64,000 nt of DNA from Acidobacteriota bacterium (GCA_009840635.1 VXNL01000047.1:510-64509), one strand, 5' to 3'; shown: positions 47,309 to 56,378, numbered from the stretch's first letter. Notes: generated from the sequence alone by a model not told the origin. Program-made: numbers and translations.

Positions 47309-50300
47309 TTACCTTCCGGTGGGGCTGATTTCCTCGGCAAGCTCCCGGAACCGGCAGAAGGCATTGGCCAGCCGCATCTGGTGCGGCGTCTTGCAGTCGG
47401 GAAAAAAGAGTTCCGGGCTCGCGACCACCACTGCGAGGCAGCGGGCGCGCGAGGTGGCCACGTTGAGGCGGTTCAGCGAGTAGAGGAAGTCCATCCCTCG
47501 CGGGGCGGCGTCCGGCGTCGAGGTGGCGAGCGAGTAGAAGACCACCGGGGCTTCCTGTCCCTGGAACTTGTCCACGGTTCCCACCCGAGCCCGTCCGTCG
47601 AGGATCCCGGCGAGGCGGTCCACCTGGGCGTTGTAGGGGGCGACGATCAGGATGTCCTCCGGGGTGATCCGCCGGGCCACTCCGCCGGCGTCCGTCCAGG
47701 AAGCGGCATCGAGCAGCCCGGCGACCAGCGACGCGATGCGTTCGGCCTCTTCCGGCGACTCGCGCTGGTTGCCGTCGTGCTCGACGGGGACGAAACGGAG
47801 TCCGGCGCCAGGGAGCGGACCTTCGGTGATCGCCTGCCGCTCCAGTCCGGGCCGCGCCCCGAGTCGGCCGTCGTAGAAGAGTTCCGAGGTGAACCGGCCG
47901 ATCTCGGGGTGCATCCGCCAGGTGTGGTCGAGGAAGAGGCCGCGTTCCGGTGGAATCGTCTTCTCCTCACCGAGCAGGTGCCCGAGCGCCGAGGCGGACG
48001 ATCCCTCCGGATGGATCCCCTGGGTGACCTGATCGAGTTGGCGCGGATCGCCCAGCAACACGAGGCTCTCGGCGGCCGGCGCGGAGGTGAGCGCGCCCGC
48101 GAGGGAGAACTGTCCGGCCTCGTCCACCACCAGTACGTCCACCGCGTCCTGCATGTCCTCCCGCGCCCAGACCCAGGTCGTGCCCGCGATCAGCCGCACA
48201 TCGGGGTCTCTGACGGCGTCGACCGCCTTTCCGGAACCCGCCTTCCGTTCGATGCGGGGATCGGCGCAGCCCGCGTGCGAGACGATCTGAACTCCCTGGA
48301 ACGTGACGCCCTCCTCATCGGCGGCGGCGCAGACCTGGTCGAGCAGGTTGGTGATGACCTGGTGGCTCTGCGCCGTCACCCCCACCCGCCGGTCGGCCGC
48401 CAGGAGCGCGGTGATGACGCGGGCGCCGAGGTAGGTCTTGCCGCTTCCCGGCGGCCCCTGCACCGGCAGCACCTCCCGGTCGAGATCGAGCGCGAGGCGC
48501 CTGGCCGCGTGAACCAGGTCTTCCCCGGGCTGTAGCAGGGGTGTGCCGTTGCCGCCGTTTCGCGGCGGAACCCGCCGGAGCAGATCGAACGCGGCGCGCC
48601 GCGGGTGGCCGTCCGGGAATCCACCCTCGGCAACCAGCTCGCCGAGACGGAACAGGGAATCGCGCATCGTGCGGGTGGGCAGAACGTCCACGGGGACAAG
48701 CGCCCCTGGATGGGGCTGCTGCACCTTCTGGCGGCTGCGCTTCAGGATCAGCGCGTCCTCGGTCATCCCGAAGACCTCGCCCGGCGACGCCCCCGTCGCG
48801 GGGTCGCGGACGCTCGTGCCGACGTCGATTCCATGGTCCTGGGGCGGAAACCGGTAGCGGTGGAGTACGGACTGCTTCTCGGGACCGATCTCCGCCTCGA
48901 ACGTCAGACCACCCAGCGTCGTCCGTTCCTCGAAGAGTTGCTCGGCATCCAGCCCGCAGAGGTGGAAGAACTCCCACCATGCCGACTTGTCCTCCCGCCG
49001 GTGGTAGTCGAGGAGGTATCTCAGGAGTTGCCGAGCCTCGGATTCGTCCGGTGGACAGTCGGACACCAGGCGCGTTCCAAGGTGTTCGACCCGCGCCGCG
49101 GCCTCGCCCTGCTCGTGTTCCTTTTCCGGCGCGATCTCGACGGTTCGGCGCCGCCGCGGGCCGATCTCGCTGGTGAGTTCCCGGCGGAGGTCCTCGAGCC
49201 AGCCGTGGAGCGCCAGCGTGGAAAGGCAATCCTCGCGGTTGTAACGCCGGACGACCTCGAGGTCGCCCGGTTCCGCCCGGCCGCCCGAGTCCAGTGCGGC
49301 ATCCGTCCGGGCACGCGCCCGGATGGACTCGACGAGGTCCTGTTTCCGGGTGAACCCGTAAAACCGTTCCATCTCCTTGATGGAGTAGCTCTCCACCGAC
49401 GCAACCAGCCCCTGCCGGACCACCTGGAGGAGGTCCACGAACACCTGGTGGCGAAGGAGCACGTCCATCGCGTCCTCGCGGCTCGCGTAGCGGCTCATGA
49501 GGCGCTTCAGCGCCCCTGTCTCGTAGCCCCCGTAGTGGTAGATGTGGAGACCTCCGAACTGTTCCCGGCGTTCGGCCACCAGGTCCATGAAGGACTCGAA
49601 GACCTCGCGCTCTCCGCCGCGGTCGAAAGCCCAGCGGTCGTCATAGTCACCGTCCCGATCCACGAAGCCGAACAGGTACTCGAGCCCGCCGTCCGTGGTC
49701 GGCCGGGAACTCTCGATGTCGAAGAAGAGATCACCTTCGGAGGGTTCGGGGAGCGCCAGCAGACCGCGGTCCTCCTCCGGCGGTGCGGTCAGATCCCGAA
49801 AGGGCCGGCCCGACGCGCGCTCGGTGAGCTGCGCCTTCGCTTGGCGATGGATGCGCTTCAGTGAAGCTGGTTGGACGCCGTCGAGCGGCGGGTCGAGGGG
49901 CAGGGCGACCCCGGCCAGAGCCGCCAGGGTCGTGATGCCGCGGTCCTCCAGGCGCTGGCGCTGGTGCCGGGAGGCTCCGGCAACGAGCGAGAGATGGTCA
50001 TCCGTCCGTCGCCGATCGCGGCACACCTGGTTCCAGTCGCAGCGGGGACACAGGTCCACGGGCTCCGGATAGGTCGGCCCCGGGTCGGCGCAATGGCCCT
50101 CGAACTGGCGCCTCAGCGCGCGCTCGAACGCCGCGAAGTCCGCAACGCGAAAAGGCTCGAGCTCGCCGGCGCCGCCGAGCGCGAGGTGCATTTCGACTGG
50201 CGCCGTTCCCTGCACACGCTCCAGCAGCCACGAATACACCGCGATCTGGAGGACGGCGTCCGCCTTCGCGACCGTGGCGAGCTTGGCGTCCACCACCTCG

Positions 50301-50689
50301 TAGGACCAGTCACCGAGCGCGCTCGGGCGCGGGGCCCGAACCAGGAAATCGGGGTAGCCGCCCCACTTCCCACGGCCGAGCCGCCCCTGGTGGATCACCT
50401 CCACGCCGCGCCGCATAGCGTCGAGGGTCCGCTCGTTTCGTTCCGCGAAACCCTCGGACGCGCCGATCTCCTCGACCGTGAACCCCTCCATCCGGTATCG
50501 CTCGAGCATTCGGGCCTCGTGCTCCCGCCCGGCCTCGGCCAGCGCGTCGCGGCGGGGGTCTTCGAAGATGAGTGGTGGGGACCTCTCGCCGAGCTTGACC
50601 CCGCGGTCGAGGCTCGTCAGGTGGCGGCAGGCGAGGAACCGGCTGAGATCGGTGGGAGCGAAGAAGAGTTTGCCGTCCCTCTGGCGCAT
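47309..50689 (-). CDS. RecB-like (TM0106/Cas4-type PD-(D/E)xK, Cys-cluster) nuclease fused to an SF1B Upf1/Dna2-like helicase; Nhi-like architecture
   Basis: 1126 aa. The N-terminal ~450 aa have DAKL, QIAVY and a C..CPRCDWNQVC Cys cluster. The C-terminal ~500 aa have Walker A GPPGSGKT, VVDEAGQ, LLGDPRQL, RMHPEIGRFTSELFY, DKFQGQE and NVATSRAR. Confidence 0.85.
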   Translation of the reverse strand: MRQRDGKLFFAPTDLSRFLACRHLTSLDRGVKLGERSPPLIFEDPRRDALAEAGREHEARMLERYRMEGFTVEEIGASEGFAERNERTLDAMRRGVEVIHQGRLGRGKWGGYPDFLVRAPRPSALGDWSYEVVDAKLATVAKADAVLQIAVYSWLLERVQGTAPVEMHLALGGAGELEPFRVADFAAFERALRRQFEGHCADPGPTYPEPVDLCPRCDWNQVCRDRRRTDDHLSLVAGASRHQRQRLEDRGITTLAALAGVALPLDPPLDGVQPASLKRIHRQAKAQLTERASGRPFRDLTAPPEEDRGLLALPEPSEGDLFFDIESSRPTTDGGLEYLFGFVDRDGDYDDRWAFDRGGEREVFESFMDLVAERREQFGGLHIYHYGGYETGALKRLMSRYASREDAMDVLLRHQVFVDLLQVVRQGLVASVESYSIKEMERFYGFTRKQDLVESIRARARTDAALDSGGRAEPGDLEVVRRYNREDCLSTLALHGWLEDLRRELTSEIGPRRRRTVEIAPEKEHEQGEAAARVEHLGTRLVSDCPPDESEARQLLRYLLDYHRREDKSAWWEFFHLCGLDAEQLFEERTTLGGLTFEAEIGPEKQSVLHRYRFPPQDHGIDVGTSVRDPATGASPGEVFGMTEDALILKRSRQKVQQPHPGALVPVDVLPTRTMRDSLFRLGELVAEGGFPDGHPRRAAFDLLRRVPPRNGGNGTPLLQPGEDLVHAARRLALDLDREVLPVQGPPGSGKTYLGARVITALLAADRRVGVTAQSHQVITNLLDQVCAAADEEGVTFQGVQIVSHAGCADPRIERKAGSGKAVDAVRDPDVRLIAGTTWVWAREDMQDAVDVLVVDEAGQFSLAGALTSAPAAESLVLLGDPRQLDQVTQGIHPEGSSASALGHLLGEEKTIPPERGLFLDHTWRMHPEIGRFTSELFYDGRLGARPGLERQAITEGPLPGAGLRFVPVEHDGNQRESPEEAERIASLVAGLLDAASWTDAGGVARRITPEDILIVAPYNAQVDRLAGILDGRARVGTVDKFQGQEAPVVFYSLATSTPDAAPRGMDFLYSLNRLNVATSRARCLAVVVASPELFFPDCKTPHQMRLANAFCRFRELAEEISPTGR

Positions 50690-50893
50690 CGGCGGGCGCA
50701 GTGTACGGATCGGCCGGCGAGCCCGCCCGGTCGGCGCAAACTTCAGGAGCGGTCCGCGCCCGGAGGCTCCCAGAGCCGGCGGATCGGCTCTGCGTACAGA
50801 CGCTCACCAAACCGGGGCGGTCGTCTCCCCGGCCTAAAGGACCATCCCGTCTGCGCGCTCCACAACGAGATCCACCACCACGCCGTCCTGGAC

Positions 50894-50956
50894 GTCGGCA
50901 GATTGCAAGTGTCGGGTGCGGCTGAATGAAAAAGTTACGGTCGGCAGACTGAAAGT
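50894..50956. repeat. two imperfect 17-bp direct repeats (GTCGGCAGAtTGcAAGT and GTCGGCAGAcTGaAAGT) in an AT-richer island
   Basis: Read at 50894-50910 and 50940-50956. They sit in the 409-nt gap between the nuclease-helicase start and the ParE locus. Local AT content is clearly above the window average. Confidence 0.35.
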
Positions 50957-51098
50957 TGACGGCCAAGTGAGCCGCAAGCGAAGTCAATGGAAGGCGACAC
51001 CGCCCTGAACACCTCCCCATGCCTGAGTGCCGGACCCTCAGACCGGCTCCACGGCTAGCGGCCGGCACGCCACCCACCCCGTGCCGAGGCGGTCGAGG

Positions 51099-51392
51099 CT
51101 ACTGCCGGCCAGCCCAGTAGGTGGGTCTTCGTTTCGTGTGCATGGTGGCGAGGACCCGAAGGTGGTCGCCGGTCACCCTGTAGAGGACGGCATACGGAAA
51201 ACCCCCGGCGAGTTGCCGACGGATCTCTTCTCGTACGACTCGGCCCGCGTCCGGAAACGCGCGAACGGACTCCGCGCACGTCTCGACCGCGGCCAGGAAC
51301 AGCGATCCCAACCCGGCACTTCGGGTCTCGTACTAGTGCGCCGCCTCCGCGAGTTCGAGCTCGGCCAGACGGTGAAACGAGAGTTCTCGCAA
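51099..51392 (-). pseudogene. parE: ParE/RelE-family toxin disrupted by an in-frame amber stop (TAG at about 51333-51335)
   Basis: The ORF track gives only 70 aa (51099..51311), matching a ParE C-terminus (FPYAVLYRVTGDHLRVLATMH). The same frame continues upstream as LRELSFHRLAELELAEAAH*YETRSAG, a typical ParE N-terminus, broken by TAG where a conserved Tyr is expected. The antitoxin ORF lies in the same frame directly upstream. Confidence 0.65.
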
Positions 51393-51608
51393 CTAGGCGA
51401 GTTGTTGCCGTAACTCTTTGAAGACCTGCTCTGCCGAGCGGTCCGTCGTTTCCGGTTCCAAGTCGCGTCTGGCGGCCTGTTCCGCCCAGATTTGCTCGTT
51501 CTGCTCGACCGTGAGTTCGTCCAGACTCCGGAGGAGCTTTCCGGCCAATTGTGCGCGTGACCTCGGGCTGAGCTTGAGGGCCTCCGCCACGAGGTGGTCG
51601 AGTTGCAT
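51393..51608 (-). CDS. type II antitoxin, putative addiction-module component (ParD-like / TIGR02574-like)
   Basis: 71 aa ending 81 nt upstream of the ParE remnant, with sequence LSPRSRAQLAGKLLRSLDE... Confidence 0.6.
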   Translation of the reverse strand: MQLDHLVAEALKLSPRSRAQLAGKLLRSLDELTVEQNEQIWAEQAARRDLEPETTDRSAEQVFKELRQQLA

Positions 51609-51699
51609 GCACCAAGCGTATCCGTCCGGGACACGCCTTGTTCGCCCCTACTCGGTGATATAACGCCGAACCGCCCAACCCCCCACCCAAGGAGGCGTC

Positions 51700-53652
51700 A
51701 TGGCGAACGGATCCGGCAGCACCCGCGAGTTCACGCTCCGGGCACTTCTCCTCGGCCTGTTCATGGCCGTCGTGCTGGGAGCGGCGAACGCCTATCTCGG
51801 CATCCGCGCTGGCCAGACGGTCGCGGCCACCTTCCCGGCGGCGGTCGTCTCCATGGTCGTCATCCGGGGTCTCTTCAAGGGCAGCCTGCTCGAAGAGAAC
51901 ATCGCCCGCACCACGGCCTCGGTGGGAGAGGCGCTGGCCGCCGGGGCGATCTTCACGTTGCCGGCGTTCCTGATGGCGGGCGCCTGGGAGGAGTTCAACT
52001 ACTGGGAGAGCACCCTGCTGATGCTCATCGGCGGTCTGCTCGGCATCCTGTTCGTCGTCATCCTGCGGCGGAGCATGGTGACCGACCCCGAACTCCCGTT
52101 CCCCGAGTCGGTCGCCGCGGCCGAGATCCACCGTGCCGGAAAGGGTGCGAGCGGGGGCCGGCTGCTCTTCCAGATGATGGGGGTCGGCGCGCTGACCGAG
52201 GTCCTCAAGAACTCGAAGGGGATCCAGCTCTTCACCGACCGCATTTCGGGGGCCCTGGGGTACGGGTCCTTCCAGGGATCGGTCGCCGTCGGGGGCCAGT
52301 CCTTCGGGGCGGCGGCCCAGCCCGGGGTGCTGCCGTTCTCGACACCCGCGGCTTCGCCCGCCTACCTCGGGGTGGGCTACATCATCGGGTTCCGGCTCTC
52401 GGCGCTCGTCTTCTCCGGCGGGGTCTTCGCCTGGTGGTTCATGATCCCGGCGGTCCTCTTCTTCAATCCGGAGTTCGCCGACGCGGGAAGGCTGGCGGCG
52501 GCGGGCGCCGACTGGACGGCGGTCAGCAGCGTGGTCTGGGCTGAACTCGTGCGGCCGATCGCGGTGGGAGCGATGATCGCCGGCGCCATCTGGACGCTGC
52601 TCCGGATGCGGAAGTCGCTCGGCGAAGGTCTGAAGCGGTCCATCGGGGAGTTGAAGACCGGGCACCCGGCCGGATCGGGCGACGAGAAGGACCGCGACAT
52701 CCCCTTCAGCTGGACGACGGCGGGAGTCGTGGCACTCATCATCCCGACCTTCTTCCTCTACAACTACTACACCGGGCAGCCGCTCGGGGCGCTCGGTTCG
52801 GCGATCGTGATGATCGTGGCCGGGTTCTTCTTCTCGGCGGTGGCCGGCTACCTCGTCGGCGTGGTCGGGAGCTCCTCGAACCCGGTCTCCGGACTCACGA
52901 TCTCGACATTGCTGCTGGCGGCGCTGCTGATGACCTTCCTAGGAGTCACCGGAACGGAGGGCGTGACCGCGGTGCTGGGGGTGGCGGCCGTCGTCTGCTG
53001 CGCCTGCGCGGTTGCCGGGGACATGCTGCAGGACCTGAAGGTGGGTCAGATTCTCGGCGGCACCCCGTTCCGCATGGAATGGGCCGAGATCATCGGCGTG
53101 GTCTTCGCGTCGCTGTTCCTGGTGCTGCCGATGATGCTGCTCCACCAGGGAGACATCGCGGCGGGCGGCATCGGGATCGGCGGCGAAGAGCTTCCGGCTC
53201 CGCAGGCGGGGCTCATGGCGCTGCTTTCCCAGGGCATCGTGGGCGGCGACATGCGCTGGCCGCTCGTGGTGTTCGGGATCGCGCTCTGCCTCTTCCTGAT
53301 CCTGATCCAAGCGCCCTCCCCAATGCTGATCGCGGTGGGGATGTACCTGCCGCTCCAGACGACCTTCGCGATCTTCGTCGGCGGTTTCTTCCGCTGGCTG
53401 AGCGACCGCCAGATGGCCAGGCTGCCGGCCGAACGCCGGACGCTCGGGGAAAGCGCCGGGACGCTCATCGCGTCCGGGCTCATCGCGGGCGAGGCGCTCA
53501 TGGGCGTCGGGCTCTCCGGGTTCGCGGTCGCGGAGTTCCAGTTGCCGATACTCGTGTCCGCGCCCTCCGGCATCCCGGGATTCCTGGTCTTCGTCGTGCT
53601 CGGCTGGTTCCTGATCCGGATCCCGCTCCGCCACGCGAAGGGGCAGGGTTGA
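51700..53652 (+). CDS. OPT-family oligopeptide transporter
   Basis: 650 aa with about 16 TM helices and OPT superfamily blocks. An AAGGAGG SD lies 5 nt upstream. Confidence 0.85.
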   Translation: MANGSGSTREFTLRALLLGLFMAVVLGAANAYLGIRAGQTVAATFPAAVVSMVVIRGLFKGSLLEENIARTTASVGEALAAGAIFTLPAFLMAGAWEEFNYWESTLLMLIGGLLGILFVVILRRSMVTDPELPFPESVAAAEIHRAGKGASGGRLLFQMMGVGALTEVLKNSKGIQLFTDRISGALGYGSFQGSVAVGGQSFGAAAQPGVLPFSTPAASPAYLGVGYIIGFRLSALVFSGGVFAWWFMIPAVLFFNPEFADAGRLAAAGADWTAVSSVVWAELVRPIAVGAMIAGAIWTLLRMRKSLGEGLKRSIGELKTGHPAGSGDEKDRDIPFSWTTAGVVALIIPTFFLYNYYTGQPLGALGSAIVMIVAGFFFSAVAGYLVGVVGSSSNPVSGLTISTLLLAALLMTFLGVTGTEGVTAVLGVAAVVCCACAVAGDMLQDLKVGQILGGTPFRMEWAEIIGVVFASLFLVLPMMLLHQGDIAAGGIGIGGEELPAPQAGLMALLSQGIVGGDMRWPLVVFGIALCLFLILIQAPSPMLIAVGMYLPLQTTFAIFVGGFFRWLSDRQMARLPAERRTLGESAGTLIASGLIAGEALMGVGLSGFAVAEFQLPILVSAPSGIPGFLVFVVLGWFLIRIPLRHAKGQG

Positions 53653-53689
53653 TCGGACGCTACGGACGGGCCAGGGACCGCCGGCCAGT

Positions 53690-53760
53690 CCTCCCGGTGG
53701 GGGCCTTCAGACCGGCATCGCCAAGCCTAAGGCTGGCGAAGCGCGCGGCACCGCGCTGTC
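53690..53760. repeat. REP-like palindromic element (hybrid of families A and B)
   Basis: tcccggtgggggccttcagaccggcatcgcc...gcgcgcggcaccgcgctg shares tcccggtggggg with 58985-59000 and ccggcatcgc with family B. Confidence 0.35.
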
Positions 53761-54105
53761 CTTGACGAGGCCGGGAGCTCGTTTCGGGTCGGCGAGGGGC
53801 GACGGGGAGAGAGCGGCGCGACCGGAACTGCGCCGCGCCGGTTCCACGCGGATCGGCAGGGATGCCCGGTGACGCAACAACGCTCTCGATCAAGGGCTTC
53901 GCGCAGTCGTCGTGACAGCTGGCGGGAACCATGCTTCTCCCTTGTTCGCGGACAGATGATGGCGTCATTTATCCGTATAGGAAGGAGAACCCGAATCCAA
54001 CGCCGTCCGCTCTCCCGTCATCTGCGGGACTTGGCTATGGCTGCGGCGCGGCCGGGTTGGCTGCTGGATGCGCCGGGCCCACGGCGCGTACCCCGGCCGA
54101 GCGGA

Positions 54106-54510
54106 CTACTGGCGGAAGGGATCGAGCGTCGGGACGCCGAACGGCTCGAAGTCCCGGACGTTCCGGGTCACGACCGTCAGGCGGTGCACGTTTGCCGTGG
54201 CGGCAATCAGCGCGTCGGTGATGAGCGTGTCGGACTTGCGATGCATGAGGCGCGCCCATTCCCGGAACACCGGACCGTCCTGGGCCAGAACCTGGTACGT
54301 GGCGAGCACGCCGTCGAGCCAAGCCTCCAGGTCCCCCGCCTTGGCGGGGTCCTGTTCTCGCGTGATCTCGATGCCGGCCTGAATCTCACCGATCGTGACG
54401 CCGGACAGGTGGAGCCTCTCCGGTGAAACGTCCTGAATCCAGCCCAGGACCGCCGGGTGAGGCCGTGGGCGCCGTAACTCCGAAACGACGTTCGTGTCCA
54501 GCAGATACAC
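54106..54510 (-). CDS. vapC: type II toxin VapC (PIN-domain ribonuclease)
   Basis: 134 aa with an MYLLDTNVVSE PIN N-terminus and the conserved D...E...D...D acidic residues. Its start is 5 nt after the antitoxin stop. Confidence 0.85.
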   Translation of the reverse strand: MYLLDTNVVSELRRPRPHPAVLGWIQDVSPERLHLSGVTIGEIQAGIEITREQDPAKAGDLEAWLDGVLATYQVLAQDGPVFREWARLMHRKSDTLITDALIAATANVHRLTVVTRNVRDFEPFGVPTLDPFRQ

Positions 54511-54514
54511 CGGG

Positions 54515-54775
54515 TTACTCGAACCGGGGCGGCGGACGGCGGGCGAGTGGCCTGCGTTCCGGCGCGAGGGACTCGATGCGGGGCGCCGGCGCGAGGAGCA
54601 GCTCCTTCAAGTTCGGCTTCGTCGTTCGCTGCAGGCCTTCCCACTGCTCCATCGGCACAACCACCGCTGTCTCAACGCCTCTTCGAGTCACGACCTGGGG
54701 GCCCTCCGCCACGGCTTTTTCGAGCAGTTCGCTGAACCGCGCCTTGGCCGTCTGGACCTGCCACCGATTGCTCAT
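54515..54775 (-). CDS. type II antitoxin, Phd/YefM family (VapB partner)
   Basis: Internal Met start with sequence MSNRWQVQTAKARFSELLEKAVAEGPQVVTRRG. The 20 upstream codons of the ORF look non-coding. Confidence 0.75.
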   Translation of the reverse strand: MSNRWQVQTAKARFSELLEKAVAEGPQVVTRRGVETAVVVPMEQWEGLQRTTKPNLKELLLAPAPRIESLAPERRPLARRPPPRFE

Positions 54776-54868
54776 CGAATCCTCCGTGCGTATCGGACTA
54801 GACAGAAGACTAGTCCGATAAGGGCTTGAGCGCAAGCTCCGGTCCCCCGGAACGTCAGGGCCGCCGCC

Positions 54869-56029
54869 TCACTCGACGGCGCAGATTGGCTCGGATCCGA
54901 TCCGGCTCCGGTTGCGGGCGACGAGGTCGTACGCCGCCTGGCCGACGCGGTCGAAAGCCGGAAAGAAGAACGCGATCATGCCGGCGATCGCGAGGCTCCG
55001 GGCCCACGCCGGACCCCAGTGCAGGCTCAGGAGGACCCCGAGCATGACGAAGTAGGTGACGGGGTTGTAGAGCAGCATCAGCTTGAACGCCTGGAAGCCC
55101 TCCGCGACACGCTCGCCGTCCACGACGATGTGCAGACGCTTCGCGAGGGCGTCCCGGGAGATGCCGAAGCGGTCACCGGCGCCGCTCTGGAACGTCGTCC
55201 ACCGGAAGGCACCTTCGAAGTCGAGGGTCTCGAACCACCGCTTCGTCTTCGCGCAGATGCCGCAGTCGCCGTCGTAGATGACCTCCGTCGTCGTCCGGGG
55301 CCAGCGGGCGAACGCGAAGTAGGCGGCGGGCGCGACGTAGAGAAACAGGACGAACGTGATCCCGGTGAAGAGCGTCATCGCCGCGTGGAACAGGATCCCG
55401 AGCCAGATCGCGACTGGCCACAGCCGTGGCCACGCGAAGCCCACGAAGATGCTCCACTCGGTCGCGATCGTGGCCCAGCACATGAATTTGGACAGCGCCA
55501 TCGGCGGCAGCAGCGCCGCGGCGCGCAGGTACAGGTCGTGCTCGAGGTTGACGGTCCAGTGCTCGAAGAATTGGCCGGAGAGCCAGTCCGGGTCGAGGGC
55601 CTTGTTGAGTCCGGCGCCGAAATAGATCATCGCCACCTGGATCCGCAGGAGCCAGATCGACCGCTCGGACGCGTAGAGGCCGATCAGGGTGAGGACCGCT
55701 CCCATGAAGAAGGTGTTGTTGGCCCAGTAGATCCTCGACGAGGCGATCCCGACGAGGATCGTCATGCCGACCACGAAGGAAGCCGCCCGCACCCCGCGGT
55801 TGAAGAGCAGCGCGGCGGAGCCGGCGAGGAACAGGACCTGCAGCGCGGTCCGGAAGCGCTCGGGATCGCCGATCCCGTCGAACACGGACAGAAAGGGAAG
55901 GAACGGATCCGGCAGCGTCGTCACGTGCCCCGTCGCCAGCATCGTGACCACGATGAGCTTCGCCGACAGCAGGAGCGGCACGGGGAGCGCCGTACCCGTC
56001 AGCCGCAGCGGGTTCCACGACGGTGTCAT
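54869..56029 (-). CDS. HTTM-domain (vitamin-K gamma-carboxylase-like) membrane protein fused to a DCC1-like thiol-disulfide oxidoreductase (DUF393) domain
   Basis: 386 aa. The N-terminal ~250 aa are polytopic and HTTM-like. The C-terminal ~130 aa carry YDGDCGICAKTKRW (the DUF393 CxxC motif). Confidence 0.75.
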   Translation of the reverse strand: MTPSWNPLRLTGTALPVPLLLSAKLIVVTMLATGHVTTLPDPFLPFLSVFDGIGDPERFRTALQVLFLAGSAALLFNRGVRAASFVVGMTILVGIASSRIYWANNTFFMGAVLTLIGLYASERSIWLLRIQVAMIYFGAGLNKALDPDWLSGQFFEHWTVNLEHDLYLRAAALLPPMALSKFMCWATIATEWSIFVGFAWPRLWPVAIWLGILFHAAMTLFTGITFVLFLYVAPAAYFAFARWPRTTTEVIYDGDCGICAKTKRWFETLDFEGAFRWTTFQSGAGDRFGISRDALAKRLHIVVDGERVAEGFQAFKLMLLYNPVTYFVMLGVLLSLHWGPAWARSLAIAGMIAFFFPAFDRVGQAAYDLVARNRSRIGSEPICAVE

Positions 56030-56036
56030 GGCGTTC

Positions 56037-56378
56037 TCAGCGGGGCGGCCAGGTCCAGGTCTCCTCCGGGCGCCCGTTGACGGTGTAGGTCACGACGACC
56101 TCGGCGTCGTCGTCCCGGCCGTAGGTCTCCTCGTACTGCCGGACCTTGTCGAGCGCGTGCTGGATGGCCTGCCAGTTGCCCCCCTGCGCCGGCTGCCGGT
56201 AGCGCGCCTCGATCTCTCCGGGCCCGAGTTCGCGCCCGTCGATGACCACCGCGATCGAGTACAGGTTCTGGGAGTCCATCGGCGCCCAGCAGAAGTAGCG
56301 GGACGGGACGAAGCGCGCATAGCCGATCATGACCACCTGGAAGGCGAGCAGCGCGATCGCGGCGAGCGTGCGGGTCAC
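56037..56378 (-). CDS. small membrane-anchored hypothetical protein, translationally coupled to the upstream SSF transporter
   Basis: GTG at 56378 overlaps the SSF stop (GTGA on the minus strand). There is one TM helix (TLAAIALLAFQVVMIGYARF) and a ~85-aa soluble domain. The longer ORF-track extension 56037..58007 is an opposite-frame artefact. Confidence 0.5.
   Translation of the reverse strand: MTRTLAAIALLAFQVVMIGYARFVPSRYFCWAPMDSQNLYSIAVVIDGRELGPGEIEARYRQPAQGGNWQAIQHALDKVRQYEETYGRDDDAEVVVTYTVNGRPEETWTWPPR

Noticed and set aside
46543-47364. N-terminal 75-aa extension of the class II aldolase ORF, which would overlap the nuclease-helicase stop
   Set aside because: The extension is Pro/Gly/Ser/Arg-rich with no aldolase similarity. 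The conserved aldolase N-terminus begins at the internal ATG at 47139.
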